Source: Escherichia phage UPEC01
Reading direction: 5' to 3' (one strand)
Length of the DNA stretch: 64,000 nt
Sequence record: MW233709
The translations under genes and the position numbers were made by a program. Positions 47,548 through 57,058 of the stretch are shown piece by piece. The number at the start of each line of letters is the position of its first letter. Within the stretch, counting starts at the first letter, position 1. The notes under the pieces were generated by a model. The model searched no databases and was not told where the DNA came from. It was given only the letters and a program-made list of their open reading frames with translations.

Positions 47548-47885
47548 TTAGTTGGCTCAAGAATTTATTCAAGACCAAACCGAATGAAGGTGTGGTTCCC
47601 GTTAGCCTACCGGATGTTAAGCTAAGAGAATATGTTTACATGGGCGATGGCATGATGGAAGAAGTGGTCAAATCAAAATCAAAAGACCTATATTCTACAA
47701 TGTCAGAAGAAGACTTACAAAAACGTTTAACTCGACTGCAAGAACAAAGAGCTCAAGCCCAAAGCAGTATCGATACTACTTCGATTGTGGTTACCGCTGC
47801 TGCAGTTAGTTCGTGGACTGGTGATTCGTCTTATTCCTCCTATGATTCAGGAAGCTGCGATTCGTCTTCCAGCTCGTGTGATTAA
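47544..47885 (+). CDS. hypothetical protein with Ser/Cys-rich C-terminal tail
   Basis: Tail SSWTGDSSYSSYDSGSCDSSSSSCD. Confidence 0.5.
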   Translation: MISWLKNLFKTKPNEGVVPVSLPDVKLREYVYMGDGMMEEVVKSKSKDLYSTMSEEDLQKRLTRLQEQRAQAQSSIDTTSIVVTAAAVSSWTGDSSYSSYDSGSCDSSSSSCD

Positions 47886-48080
47886 ATGAGAATTACAAGT
47901 TGGCTTAAAGATTGGTTGGTTACTCCAGGGATTGATGATTCCTGGGTGGCCAGAGCCGAGGAAGAAATGCAGCGCGAAGCTGAAGAATGGGCTGCTACAG
48001 GGCTTAAAGCTATGCAGGAAAAGAAGACCGAACGAGCTGCGCTTAAACTGATGCGTGATATCTACGGAGATAAATCATGA
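47886..48080 (+). CDS. hypothetical protein
   Basis: Intact ORF. Confidence 0.45.
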   Translation: MRITSWLKDWLVTPGIDDSWVARAEEEMQREAEEWAATGLKAMQEKKTERAALKLMRDIYGDKS

Positions 48081-48222
48081 CACAAGAAGAAGCTGAACGC
48101 CGGGCAAAAGAAGCACTGGATTTGCTTTTGAAAATTGGCAGTAAAATGATGGAAGAAAATGAAAAGTACATCAAGGAAAATAAAGTTCCTGATGGTCCAT
48201 TAGTTGGTAAGAGGAAAACATT

Positions 48223-48711
48223 ATGAAAGTATATGAATTAGAATTCTATGTCCGTGATTCTGCTGGGCAAACACGACCTTACGATGCAACAGCCTGTCTT
48301 ATCTTTGCATATAATGGCATGGATTCGGTTACTGAGTTGGAAACAAAATTAATGAACCTGACGATGCCAGAAAACGTTATGCTGAAGGTATTTCATAGAA
48401 AAAACGTTAATGTGGCTGAAGGGTGTCCGTTTACTGTTTCCGAAGCTCTGCATATCAAAGGCTATCGTCACCCGGACCCATATGCAGAAGGTACTGCGGA
48501 TATTTTCTATAAAGATAGAGATAAAATGGCCACTGAACGTCTCCAAGGTCGCACATATCTGATTTCCACTACCGACGACCTTGCTGAAGTTGAACGTCAG
48601 ATTTGGAAGCACTTTGATATCGGCTTGCGCTTTACTTTAACAGAAGAAGCTATTCAAGATACTAAAATGCGTGCTCGTATGTATGGTTACGGTCCTATCG
48701 GTGGCTACTAA
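48223..48711 (+). CDS. hypothetical protein (Mrh position)
   Basis: Position between soc and Mod-like genes; sequence identity not verified. Confidence 0.5.
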   Translation: MKVYELEFYVRDSAGQTRPYDATACLIFAYNGMDSVTELETKLMNLTMPENVMLKVFHRKNVNVAEGCPFTVSEALHIKGYRHPDPYAEGTADIFYKDRDKMATERLQGRTYLISTTDDLAEVERQIWKHFDIGLRFTLTEEAIQDTKMRARMYGYGPIGGY

Positions 48712-48886
48712 TGGATTTATTTGAACTTTTTGAAGAGCCTAAAGCTCCTACGGAAGCCCGTGTGGACCTAGTTGACGAACTTGATGCGATTATACAGAAG
48801 CACGGTTTTAGTCTCCCAATGGAAGTTCTGCGCGACCTGGCCTCATATTACGACGACCCACCTCCATGGGCACCGTGGGTGAAACA

Positions 48887-49120
48887 ATGAACTGGTTAAC
48901 AAATATCCCTACATCGGCGCTGGATATCGACCGGAAATACGCTCATAAGGAAGTCGAGCAACAAAAAATTAATCGCTTGCAAAGGCTTAAGACTGAATCC
49001 GAGACAATTAAAGTCGAAACCCCGATAAAATCGAAAAGTTCTTACTCATCATATCAATCTCCTATTGGCATGGCCACAGACATCGCTATCTTCGGCGTCC
49101 CACTTGGAGTATTTAAGTAG
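48887..49120 (+). CDS. hypothetical protein
   Basis: In-frame ATG 48887. Confidence 0.4.
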   Translation: MNWLTNIPTSALDIDRKYAHKEVEQQKINRLQRLKTESETIKVETPIKSKSSYSSYQSPIGMATDIAIFGVPLGVFK

Positions 49121-49176
49121 TTTACTTACTTCCCTCCTAATGACATAATGGTCTTTCTTACAACAGAGAGGCCATT

Positions 49177-49737
49177 ATGAACATCATCAAATCTGATACC
49201 GAACCCAACCAGTTAAAATTTAGTGAAATGGAGATAGCTTCATTATTTGAATGCCGTACATCAAAGGTTGATAAAACCTTGCATTCAAACATCAACTCAA
49301 TTATCAAGCCAAGGTTGTCTATACCCGATACAGTCTTGTGGCGCGGGGTAACCCAGCAAGAGATTGATTTGTTAGATGAAGCAAAAGAATCAATGCAACC
49401 TTTTGAATTTGGACGGATAACCTCCTTTACAGAAGACTATGGTATTGCCAGGGATTTTGCTGCAATGGAATATGCATCAAGGACTATCGTCAGATTGAAT
49501 CAGACAAAAGCTTTTTGTTACCATGATGCGATGCGCAAAATCGCGCTTGATGTTCCGCTGGAATTCTTCAATACAGTTTCTGGTTCCGAACAGGCAGCAA
49601 CGTTAAGACGTGAAGAATACATGGACATGATTGATTCTGAGCTTGAATGGTTTGTTCCAGTTGACCAGAAATTCGTGGTGGTTGATGCTGGATTTGTTGG
49701 TGATTATTATGTTCTTGACTGTGTACAAGAGCAATAA
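49177..49737 (+). CDS. ADP-ribosyltransferase (ModB-like by order)
   Basis: R-S-E-type ART motifs: LWRGV, SFT, ELEW. Confidence 0.65.
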   Translation: MNIIKSDTEPNQLKFSEMEIASLFECRTSKVDKTLHSNINSIIKPRLSIPDTVLWRGVTQQEIDLLDEAKESMQPFEFGRITSFTEDYGIARDFAAMEYASRTIVRLNQTKAFCYHDAMRKIALDVPLEFFNTVSGSEQAATLRREEYMDMIDSELEWFVPVDQKFVVVDAGFVGDYYVLDCVQEQ

Positions 49738-49781
49738 GACACGTTAAGATGCTCCTATCAACTACTGATGAGGATAATAAA
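49721..49781 (+). promoter_or_regulatory. early promoter cassette overlapping 3' end of upstream ART gene
   Basis: GTGTACAA 49721-49728, GTTAAGATG, CTCCTATCAACTACTGATGAGGA. Confidence 0.45.
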
Positions 49782-50396
49782 ATGCTGTACACTGATGACG
49801 TTTTGAATGGAATTATTGACACTGCCGCTTCTAGTGAGTCTTTTCGTGACCAATGTCAAGCAGAGATTGATGCTCTTTATACAGATAATGAGCAATCAGT
49901 ACTCTGGCAGTGTATGGAAAATAAACCTGACCTGATTCAAGAAGACTTAACCAGGATTATCCGCAACAATCTGAATACTACACCGCCGGCAGCGTTGTTC
50001 CGCGGTATATCAAAGAAAACCATGGAATACCTGGAAGATTTAAGATATGTTGGTGCGACAATTGAGTTCAACCGTGTGATGAGTTTTTCCAGAGACTGGC
50101 AGGTTGCAAGAAATTTCGCATCATATAGTTTCTATGGCACAAGGAATATTTTCTGCATAAACAATGCACCTTATGCGTATAACTATCAGGAAGCAATCTT
50201 TAAAATGATTTGCGGTGCTCCTCCTGAAGAGTTCAATGGTGCATATCCAGAAGCAACCAGGAAGTCAAACTTACACCTAGTTAATGATGAGGATGAGTTT
50301 ATGTTTCCCGCTGGGACTACGCTTCGCGTAGATTTGATTGAGAAACACCCATTGAATAACCTTTATACTGTTTGGCATTTGACTGTTTTGAACTAA
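49782..50396 (+). CDS. ADP-ribosyltransferase (ModA-like by order)
   Basis: LFRGI, SFSRD, DEDEF; ORF-track start lies inside promoter leader. Confidence 0.65.
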   Translation: MLYTDDVLNGIIDTAASSESFRDQCQAEIDALYTDNEQSVLWQCMENKPDLIQEDLTRIIRNNLNTTPPAALFRGISKKTMEYLEDLRYVGATIEFNRVMSFSRDWQVARNFASYSFYGTRNIFCINNAPYAYNYQEAIFKMICGAPPEEFNGAYPEATRKSNLHLVNDEDEFMFPAGTTLRVDLIEKHPLNNLYTVWHLTVLN

Positions 50397-50455
50397 CCAA
50401 AGACCTTAGAACCATTATACACGGTAAAAATAAAAGCGTTAAAGGCGAAAAAGTA

Positions 50456-50531
50456 GTGTACATGAAAGATGAATAGTGTATAATAATTCCATACTGAGTT
50501 ATTTAATCGTCCGTAAGATGAGAAAAATATC
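50456..50531 (+). promoter_or_regulatory. early promoter cassette (CCATACTGAGTTA leader variant)
   Basis: GTGTACAT, TATAATAA, TTCCATACTGAGTTA. Confidence 0.5.
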
Positions 50532-51278
50532 ATGACTTTATCAAAAACCAAAACGCTGAAAGTTAAACGTCGCCTGGAACACACTCAAGCTTCTGCTAAA
50601 CGTCGTGGTAAGGACTTTAACCTGGATTTCAATTACCTGGTTAACATTCTTGACCAAAAAGTTTGTGCTTATTCTGGTGAAGCATTTAATAACTCTATTG
50701 AAGACGAGAAGTTATCATTAGAACGTTTTAACAATGATATTGGTTATATCAAGGGTAATGTTATTCCTGTTAAAAAGAAATACAATACCATGCGTTCTGA
50801 TTGGTCCTTGGATGAGCTTAAACAACGTCGCGATGATGTTGCTGTAAAAATTGCTCGCCCCTCTGCCAAGAAGATTGAAAAGTTAAATCTGACTTCAGAG
50901 AAATGGGAACAGATTAAAAAGTCATATACTCATATCAAGAACATCCAGCACAAACGTGATAATCGCGTTAAGCATTATGCTCAAATGAGTAAATCAGAGC
51001 AGTCCAAAGAAAACCAATTAAAAATGGTTGCTCTGAAGGCTCGCATTGATGGTTCCCGTGTTGCGGAAGGACATGAGCTTACTAAATTGAATGTCCTGCT
51101 CAAAGGTAATGACTGGAAAGTTACCAAGAAATTAACTGATGCTGAAACGCTTTTTGATTGCTATGATAAAATCATTCAAGGTCTTGAGCGTTTTGAGAAG
51201 ATTGGTTTTATTGGTAAATTAAAACTGAAACGTGGTCTGCCTTTGAACGCGTCAATTTTTAAACTGATTAGAGGTTAA
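50532..51278 (+). CDS. hypothetical basic protein (Srd position)
   Basis: 248 aa between Mod-like genes and dda; LSLERFNNDIGYIKGNV resembles a degenerate HNH-like segment. Confidence 0.5.
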   Translation: MTLSKTKTLKVKRRLEHTQASAKRRGKDFNLDFNYLVNILDQKVCAYSGEAFNNSIEDEKLSLERFNNDIGYIKGNVIPVKKKYNTMRSDWSLDELKQRRDDVAVKIARPSAKKIEKLNLTSEKWEQIKKSYTHIKNIQHKRDNRVKHYAQMSKSEQSKENQLKMVALKARIDGSRVAEGHELTKLNVLLKGNDWKVTKKLTDAETLFDCYDKIIQGLERFEKIGFIGKLKLKRGLPLNASIFKLIRG

Positions 51279-51279
51279 T

Positions 51280-51579
51280 GTGATGTACTACGCATATGTG
51301 CTGGTTCACAAAGATAAAGATGGTTTTGAACGCCCATTGGAGTATGATGGAAAGGTTACCTTATACACCACAAAACCGGGCGCAGAGTATGAACTTGCCA
51401 ACTATTTATATACTACAAACCGCTATTTACGCATGGGACGTATTGAAACACGGTATACTCCCAGAAAATGGTGGTTTGATAAGCGGGAAACAAAAACTGT
51501 TTTTCCTACTGAAGAACACGCACGAGAATTGAAATTAGTTTTAGATACTTTATATGTTAAGCGAGTAAAATTGGCATGA
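51280..51579 (+). CDS. hypothetical protein
   Basis: Stop overlaps dda start. Confidence 0.5.
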   Translation: MMYYAYVLVHKDKDGFERPLEYDGKVTLYTTKPGAEYELANYLYTTNRYLRMGRIETRYTPRKWWFDKRETKTVFPTEEHARELKLVLDTLYVKRVKLA

Positions 51580-52904
51580 TTAAATTTGAAGACTTGAACA
51601 CAGGACAAAAAGAAGCTTTTGATTATATCACTGAAGCTATTCAGCGACGTTCAGGGGAATGTATCACTCTGAATGGTCCAGCTGGTACAGGTAAGACCAC
51701 TCTGACAAAATTTGTCATTGACCATCTAGTGCGTAATGGAGTTATGGGAATTGTGCTTGCTGCGCCAACTCACCAGGCGAAAAAAGTTTTATCTAAATTG
51801 TCTGGTCAAACCGCGAATACAATCCATAGTATCCTGAAGATTAACCCGACCACATATGAAGACCAAAACGTTTTTGAACAACGCGAAATGCCTGACATGT
51901 CAAAATGCAATGTTCTGGTTTGTGATGAAGCAAGTATGTATGACGGGTCTCTGTTTAAGATTATTCTTAACTCTGTTCCTGAATGGTGTACTATTCTTGG
52001 GATTGGTGATATGCACCAGCTGCAGCCAGTTGACCCAGGAAGCACACAACAAAAGATAAGCCCATTCTTTACGCATCCTAAGTTCAAACAGATTCATCTG
52101 ACTGAGGTCATGCGAAGCAATGCTCCTATCATTGAAGTGGCGACAGAAATTCGTAATGGTGGTTGGTTCCGTGACTGTATGTATGATGGTCATGGTGTAC
52201 AGGGTTTCACCTCACAAACCGCTTTAAAGGATTTCATGATAAACTATTTCAGTATTGTAAAAGATGCTGATATGTTGATGGAAAACAGGATGTATGCGTA
52301 CACGAATAAATCAGTTGAAAAACTGAACAATATTATTCGTCGCAAGCTCTATGAAACGGATAAAGCATTTTTACCGTATGAAGTCCTGGTTATGCAAGAG
52401 CCACACATGAAAGAGCTGGAATTTGAAGGCAAGAAATTCAGCGAAACCATTTTTAATAATGGTCAGTTGGTTCGCATCAAGGATTGCAAATACACTTCCA
52501 CAATTCTCCGTTGTAAAGGTGAATCGCACCAGTTAGTGATTAATTACTGGGACCTGGAAGTTGAGTCAATTGATGAAGATGAAGAATATCAGGTTGACCG
52601 CATCAAAGTTTTACCAGAAGACCAGCAACCGAAATTCCAGGCATATCTGGCTAAAGTTGCTGACACATACAAACAGATGAAAGCCGCTGGTAAACGTCCA
52701 GAGTGGAAAGACTTCTGGAAAGCTCGCCGGACCTTCTTGAAAGTTCGGGCTCTTCCGGTCAGTACAATCCACAAGGCCCAGGGCGTTTCAGTAGACAAAG
52801 CATTCATCTATACCCCATGCATCCATATGGCCGAAGCTTCATTAGCGAGCCAGTTGGCTTATGTTGGAATCACACGAGCGAGGTACGACGCATATTATGT
52901 ATAA
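51576..52904 (+). CDS. dda: DNA helicase Dda (SF1)
   Basis: Walker A GPAGTGKTT; long matches to recalled T4 Dda. Confidence 0.95.
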   Translation: MIKFEDLNTGQKEAFDYITEAIQRRSGECITLNGPAGTGKTTLTKFVIDHLVRNGVMGIVLAAPTHQAKKVLSKLSGQTANTIHSILKINPTTYEDQNVFEQREMPDMSKCNVLVCDEASMYDGSLFKIILNSVPEWCTILGIGDMHQLQPVDPGSTQQKISPFFTHPKFKQIHLTEVMRSNAPIIEVATEIRNGGWFRDCMYDGHGVQGFTSQTALKDFMINYFSIVKDADMLMENRMYAYTNKSVEKLNNIIRRKLYETDKAFLPYEVLVMQEPHMKELEFEGKKFSETIFNNGQLVRIKDCKYTSTILRCKGESHQLVINYWDLEVESIDEDEEYQVDRIKVLPEDQQPKFQAYLAKVADTYKQMKAAGKRPEWKDFWKARRTFLKVRALPVSTIHKAQGVSVDKAFIYTPCIHMAEASLASQLAYVGITRARYDAYYV

Positions 52905-53142
52905 AGTACATAAAGAAGATTTAGATAATCTTATCTACGGTATTCAGGACGCGGTTGAATTTTTCGAAGATAATTCGACTATCGTCGTGCAGGGTAATTA
53001 CGTTTTACTGGAACTGAATCTTATTCGGAAACGTATGGCCGCGATTGAATATTTTAACAATGAAGAGCCAGGGATTTTTATCTCTGATTATGTTGCTGGT
53101 GAAATTCAGAAATTAAAAGAGATGTGCGATGGTTGCTGGTGA
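52897..53142 (+). CDS. hypothetical protein (dda.1 position)
   Basis: ATG overlapping dda stop; C-terminus lies inside 40-bp tandem repeat. Confidence 0.5.
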   Translation: MYKVHKEDLDNLIYGIQDAVEFFEDNSTIVVQGNYVLLELNLIRKRMAAIEYFNNEEPGIFISDYVAGEIQKLKEMCDGCW

Positions 53143-53171
53143 AATTCAGAAATTAAAAGAGATGTGTGATG
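53092..53171. repeat. 2 x 40-bp tandem direct repeat at dda.1/dexA junction
   Basis: 53092-53131 and 53132-53171 differ at one position (C/T). Confidence 0.85.
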
Positions 53172-53852
53172 ATTGATGCTATTATTGACTTTGAAACTCT
53201 GGGAAACGGCTCGAAGGGAGCCGTTATTGACCTGGCGCTGATTACATTCGAATCTGACCCTGCTATTGTGGAATCGTTCGAAACCCTGGTTAATCGCGGC
53301 AAACGCATTAAGTTTAGTCTCGAATACCAAAAAGGAAAACGTCTGTTTGATACAACAACCATGGGTTGGTGGAAAAAGCAATCAGCAGAAGCTCGTGTTA
53401 ACCTGACTCCTTCTGCACATGATGTTGATACTCTGACCGGTATCCAACAGGCGATTGACTATCTGAATGGTAATGGAATTAACAAATACGAAAGCCTTAT
53501 GTGGTGCCGTGGGATGTCTTTTGACTTCCCGTTGTTTGTTGACCTTATCCGCGACCTACAGCGCAATGAGGGGATTCCTGAGCGTGAATTGAATACCTAT
53601 AACCTGGAGCCGGTTGTATTCTGGAACCAGCGAGATATCAGGACAGCCATCGAAGCCTTGTCACTCGTCCGTAAGATGTGTGAAACCCCATTACCGAAAG
53701 GGACTTTAGATGGATTTGTGGCGCACGATTCGGTACATGACTGCGCGAAAGATATTTTGATGTTGAAGTATGCCCAGCGCTATGCTCTTGGTTTAGATGA
53801 AGTTCCTTCCGAAGAAGATGCAGACCCATTATCTTTGCCGAAAAAACGATAA
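53169..53852 (+). CDS. dexA: exonuclease A (DexA)
   Basis: IIDFET, WCRGMSFDFP, AHDSxHDCAKD match recalled T4 DexA; start 53169 (ATG) or 53166 (GTG). Confidence 0.93.
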   Translation: MIDAIIDFETLGNGSKGAVIDLALITFESDPAIVESFETLVNRGKRIKFSLEYQKGKRLFDTTTMGWWKKQSAEARVNLTPSAHDVDTLTGIQQAIDYLNGNGINKYESLMWCRGMSFDFPLFVDLIRDLQRNEGIPERELNTYNLEPVVFWNQRDIRTAIEALSLVRKMCETPLPKGTLDGFVAHDSVHDCAKDILMLKYAQRYALGLDEVPSEEDADPLSLPKKR

Positions 53853-53858
53853 AAAGTA

Positions 53859-53919
53859 GTGTACAAGGCCAATGGAAAGAGACATAATCATCTCATCAAC
53901 TACTGATGAGGATAACAAA
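53859..53919 (+). promoter_or_regulatory. early promoter cassette
   Basis: GTGTACAA, CATAATCA, CTCATCAACTACTGATGAGGATAAC. Confidence 0.5.
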
Positions 53920-54177
53920 ATGATTACTTCTTTTGAAATTGGCCAACAATATGAAATGTCCGCTCTTCAAGCTGCTGAAGCAGGTCTGACTAAAGCGTTT
54001 GAATGTGCATTTGCAAATATTCGTGGTAAAATCTTTACTGTCAATAAAATTGCGGTATATGATAAAGAAACTGATATGAACAAAGGCATCTACCTGAACG
54101 TGTCAAATGCAAAAGGTCGTCGTGAAATTATGGTTGTACAACCTAATCAACTGGCGATGTTCAATAAGGTTGCATAA
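53920..54177 (+). CDS. hypothetical protein
   Basis: ATG after cassette leader. Confidence 0.5.
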   Translation: MITSFEIGQQYEMSALQAAEAGLTKAFECAFANIRGKIFTVNKIAVYDKETDMNKGIYLNVSNAKGRREIMVVQPNQLAMFNKVA

Positions 54178-54932
54178 TGAAACCAGAATTTATTGACTTT
54201 GATGTTGTAAGTATGTATGTTCGCCCAATTAAACCATTAAAACTTGAGAAACAAAATATGACTATTGAAATTAACAAAACTTATCAACTGATTGAACCTA
54301 TTATTCAAAACGCAGCTATGGTTTCTGGGTATAATACTCTGACTGATGCTTTAGGTGAAGGTGAATTTATTGTTGAAACTTTTGTAAAAAGTAACTGGTT
54401 TGATAAAGCATATATTCTACATGCACGTCGCCTTGATACAAATGAAGTAGAAAAAATTATGGTTTATGAAGCTGAGATTGAACTCTTCAAAGAAGTTGAA
54501 GAAACTCCTATCAAAGTTGGTAAAACCTATCAGCTTATTGAAGATGATAGTCAGTTTGGAAAGACTGTCGCAATGCATGCTGGTTGGCGGGTACTGAAAG
54601 GTATTTTTGGATTTGCTCCATTTACCGTTAAAACAGTTAAGTACCACAATCACCAAAGCATCTTTGAATTTACTGCAGTCAATGAATCAGGTGACAATCT
54701 TGAAGCTATCCTTTATCCGCGTGAATCTGTGCTGCTGGAAGAAGTTAGCGAGCTTGGCGACCCTATTGACTTGCTATGTAAACCAGTTCAAATCAAACGC
54801 CCATTTAACAGTTCCATTTGTGGTTGGGTAACAGACCAGTGGATTGAAGATGGTGTTGAACTCCTGAACGTTGTTCATTGTGGTAGTTTTACTGTTGTAC
54901 CACGTTCCATGGTTGTTGAAATTTTTAATTAA
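54177..54932 (+). CDS. hypothetical protein with internal repeat (paralogue of 55009 gene)
   Basis: KTYQLIE repeated; C-terminal WVTDQWIEDGVELLNVVHCGSFTVVP shared with next gene. Confidence 0.55.
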   Translation: MKPEFIDFDVVSMYVRPIKPLKLEKQNMTIEINKTYQLIEPIIQNAAMVSGYNTLTDALGEGEFIVETFVKSNWFDKAYILHARRLDTNEVEKIMVYEAEIELFKEVEETPIKVGKTYQLIEDDSQFGKTVAMHAGWRVLKGIFGFAPFTVKTVKYHNHQSIFEFTAVNESGDNLEAILYPRESVLLEEVSELGDPIDLLCKPVQIKRPFNSSICGWVTDQWIEDGVELLNVVHCGSFTVVPRSMVVEIFN

Positions 54933-54936
54933 ATTT

Positions 54937-55008
54937 GTGTACAAACTCGTGGGGCCAGAGTATAATGGTCCCACTGGAGAATAAACTTATTAATCAAGAG
55001 AGAAAATT
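54937..55008 (+). promoter_or_regulatory. early promoter cassette
   Basis: GTGTACAA 54937-54944, TATAATGG, CCCACTGGAG. Confidence 0.5.
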
Positions 55009-55500
55009 ATGAAAGTTGAAGCTGGTGATATTGTACGCGTTTCTAAAGAATCTCGTTCTAAAGCTGCTGGTCGTTTTGTTGAGGTTGTGGGTCTTCGCAC
55101 TAATTTAGTAGGTGGAATTAAAGAAGTTAAAGTGCGTATTATTCCTAAAAATGGCCAGACTGAAACTCAATTGGCTTATGTACATCCTAAATTCCTGGAA
55201 TCAACTGAATTTACTGGATATATCGCTCCTGTGGTTGAAGAAGTTGAAACCATTGACCAGTCTCATGTTGGGGTTGATTTTAAATGGAAATTAGGTAAAG
55301 GTGTCTTTTTCGTTTCACCTAAACCGTTTGAATACAATTGCAAGTATGGTCCGACTTATGAAACCACTAGCATGTCTGGTTATATCACAGACCAGTGGGT
55401 TGAAGAAGGGGTTAAACTGTATAATATTGTGTTCCTTGGAACCTTTAAGGTTGTTCCTGAAAGTTTTATCGTTGAGTATGCTGATATTCATTTTGCCTAA
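55009..55500 (+). CDS. hypothetical protein (paralogue of 54177 gene)
   Basis: YITDQWVEEGVKLYNIVFLGTFKVVP. Confidence 0.55.
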   Translation: MKVEAGDIVRVSKESRSKAAGRFVEVVGLRTNLVGGIKEVKVRIIPKNGQTETQLAYVHPKFLESTEFTGYIAPVVEEVETIDQSHVGVDFKWKLGKGVFFVSPKPFEYNCKYGPTYETTSMSGYITDQWVEEGVKLYNIVFLGTFKVVPESFIVEYADIHFA

Positions 55501-55550
55501 ATTATAAAATAATGATAGGGTAATTTTGCCCTATCAATGAGGAGAATATT

Positions 55551-55781
55551 ATGTTTAATGAAGATTGCGTGACCACTTCCCTGACCGCTGAAGAGTTCTG
55601 GGAAACCGCTGAAAGTGATAAAGTGATTGTTAAGAAAAACATCAATGAATTTCTTTGCACCACTGATATCATTTATGTGTATGCGTATGAAGGCGCGGAA
55701 TTACCTAGCTATGCACTGTTCCGTGAAGAATCAGAAGATGGCACAGATTTTTGGAAGGAGACTTATCATGTTGAAATTTGA
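55551..55781 (+). CDS. hypothetical acidic protein
   Basis: GAGGAGAATATTATG. Confidence 0.5.
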   Translation: MFNEDCVTTSLTAEEFWETAESDKVIVKKNINEFLCTTDIIYVYAYEGAELPSYALFREESEDGTDFWKETYHVEI

Positions 55782-56142
55782 AACTGATAAATGGTATTAT
55801 TTTAAAGATAATGTTGCTGAAAGCAGATTTCGTTTGTTATGCTCTGATAATGATAATATAGCTGATGCTATAATCAATGGTGAAGGATTTAGACCAGTCG
55901 GAATTGAAGGTGGTGATGTATATCGGATAGAATTTTCGACCGGTGGAATAGAGAGAATATTCATAAAGGAAGATGAGCGTCGTTTCTTTGAAGAAGAAAA
56001 AGATGACGATACTGAAGACGAATGCGAAGACGCTGATGAAGCATTTGAACCAAGCGAATTCCCTTTGACTAAAATCACCATTTCTAATAACTCTGAAGCC
56101 TGGACCGTTTACCAGATGTTGAAAGCACACTTTAAGGAATAA
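55768..56142 (+). CDS. hypothetical acidic protein
   Basis: ATG 55768 overlapping upstream stop; longer ORF-track form rejected. Confidence 0.5.
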   Translation: MLKFETDKWYYFKDNVAESRFRLLCSDNDNIADAIINGEGFRPVGIEGGDVYRIEFSTGGIERIFIKEDERRFFEEEKDDDTEDECEDADEAFEPSEFPLTKITISNNSEAWTVYQMLKAHFKE

Positions 56143-56143
56143 C

Positions 56144-56320
56144 ATGCCACTTTATGATTACAAATGCCAATCCAATGACTGCGCGAAAGAATACGAAAAA
56201 ATCAAGAAAATCTCTGAAAGAGATAATGATGTTTGCCCTGATTGCCATCGGCTGGCTGTTCGGTTAGTCTCGGCTCCTAAACATGTTAATGGCGGTTTTT
56301 ACGACCTGCTGACTAAGTGA
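56144..56320 (+). CDS. zinc-ribbon small protein (58 aa; not in ORF track)
   Basis: YDYKCQSNDC...CPDCHRL. Confidence 0.45.
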   Translation: MPLYDYKCQSNDCAKEYEKIKKISERDNDVCPDCHRLAVRLVSAPKHVNGGFYDLLTK

Positions 56321-56326
56321 GGAATT

Positions 56327-56587
56327 ATGAAATACATTAATCGTTCTATTGCAGCACTGGTACTGGCGGTTTCATTGGCTGGTTGTACTGATGCAGATAA
56401 TGCCATTCGTGTATTAGATGCAAACGGCTATGAGCAAATCCAAATCACCGGATATAATTGGTTCTCTTGCGGTAAAGATGATTTTCAACACACAGGTTTT
56501 ACAGCCGTGGGCCCAACTGGTAAGAAAGTTGAAGGAACCGTTTGTTCTGGATTGCTGTTTAAGAATTCAACCATCCGATTCGAATGA
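56327..56587 (+). CDS. hypothetical lipoprotein
   Basis: Lipobox SLAGC. Confidence 0.55.
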   Translation: MKYINRSIAALVLAVSLAGCTDADNAIRVLDANGYEQIQITGYNWFSCGKDDFQHTGFTAVGPTGKKVEGTVCSGLLFKNSTIRFE

Positions 56588-56594
56588 GGATATT

Positions 56595-56993
56595 ATGTTT
56601 AAAATTGGAAAGAGTTATTGCATTAAAGATTTAGATGGCTTCCTTAAACATGTCGGTATGCCTGGTAGCATTTTGAACCAACAAGGAACCTCTATCATTG
56701 ATTTGGTTACTACCAAAGAGTTTTCAGTCACTAAGATGGAAGCAAATGTTGTTACGGAATTTAGTACTATAGATGGAACTGGATTTTCTTTCCATAGTCG
56801 TAATGGAACCGGTCTTATTTTTGGTGATGAATTTAAATATTTTGAAGAAGTCCCGGAATGTGATTCTGAAATAACCGAACAGGAATCAAAAGAGGATATC
56901 GTTGTTACCGGCGGCGATGTTATTATTACGGTTAAAACTGAAGCCGGCCGTCTACAAGCTATTAAAATGTTAGAGCAGCTTCGATTCAAATAA
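56595..56993 (+). CDS. hypothetical protein
   Basis: GAGGA SD then ATG 56595; ORF-track extension overlaps lipoprotein gene. Confidence 0.5.
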   Translation: MFKIGKSYCIKDLDGFLKHVGMPGSILNQQGTSIIDLVTTKEFSVTKMEANVVTEFSTIDGTGFSFHSRNGTGLIFGDEFKYFEEVPECDSEITEQESKEDIVVTGGDVIITVKTEAGRLQAIKMLEQLRFK

Positions 56994-57013
56994 AAGGCCT
57001 TCGGGCCTTTTTG
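56994..57013 (+). terminator. rho-independent terminator
   Basis: AAGGCC-TTCG-GGCCTT then TTTTT. Confidence 0.65.
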
Positions 57014-57036
57014 CTTTAAAATATGTGACTTATAAT
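57010..57036 (+). promoter_or_regulatory. middle-promoter-like element upstream of gene 39
   Basis: TGCTTTA 57012-57018 fused to terminator T-run; 12-nt spacer; TATAAT 57031-57036. Confidence 0.45.
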
Positions 57037-57058
57037 ACCTCCATACACAAGAGGAAAG

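Noticed and set aside
49749-49781. Upstream ATG starts for CDS 49782 (and similarly 53872 for CDS 53920, 55627 for CDS 55768)
   Set aside because: The extra codons are the conserved promoter leader (CTATCAACTACTGATGAGGA) or overlap the upstream gene; the start after the SD is preferred.
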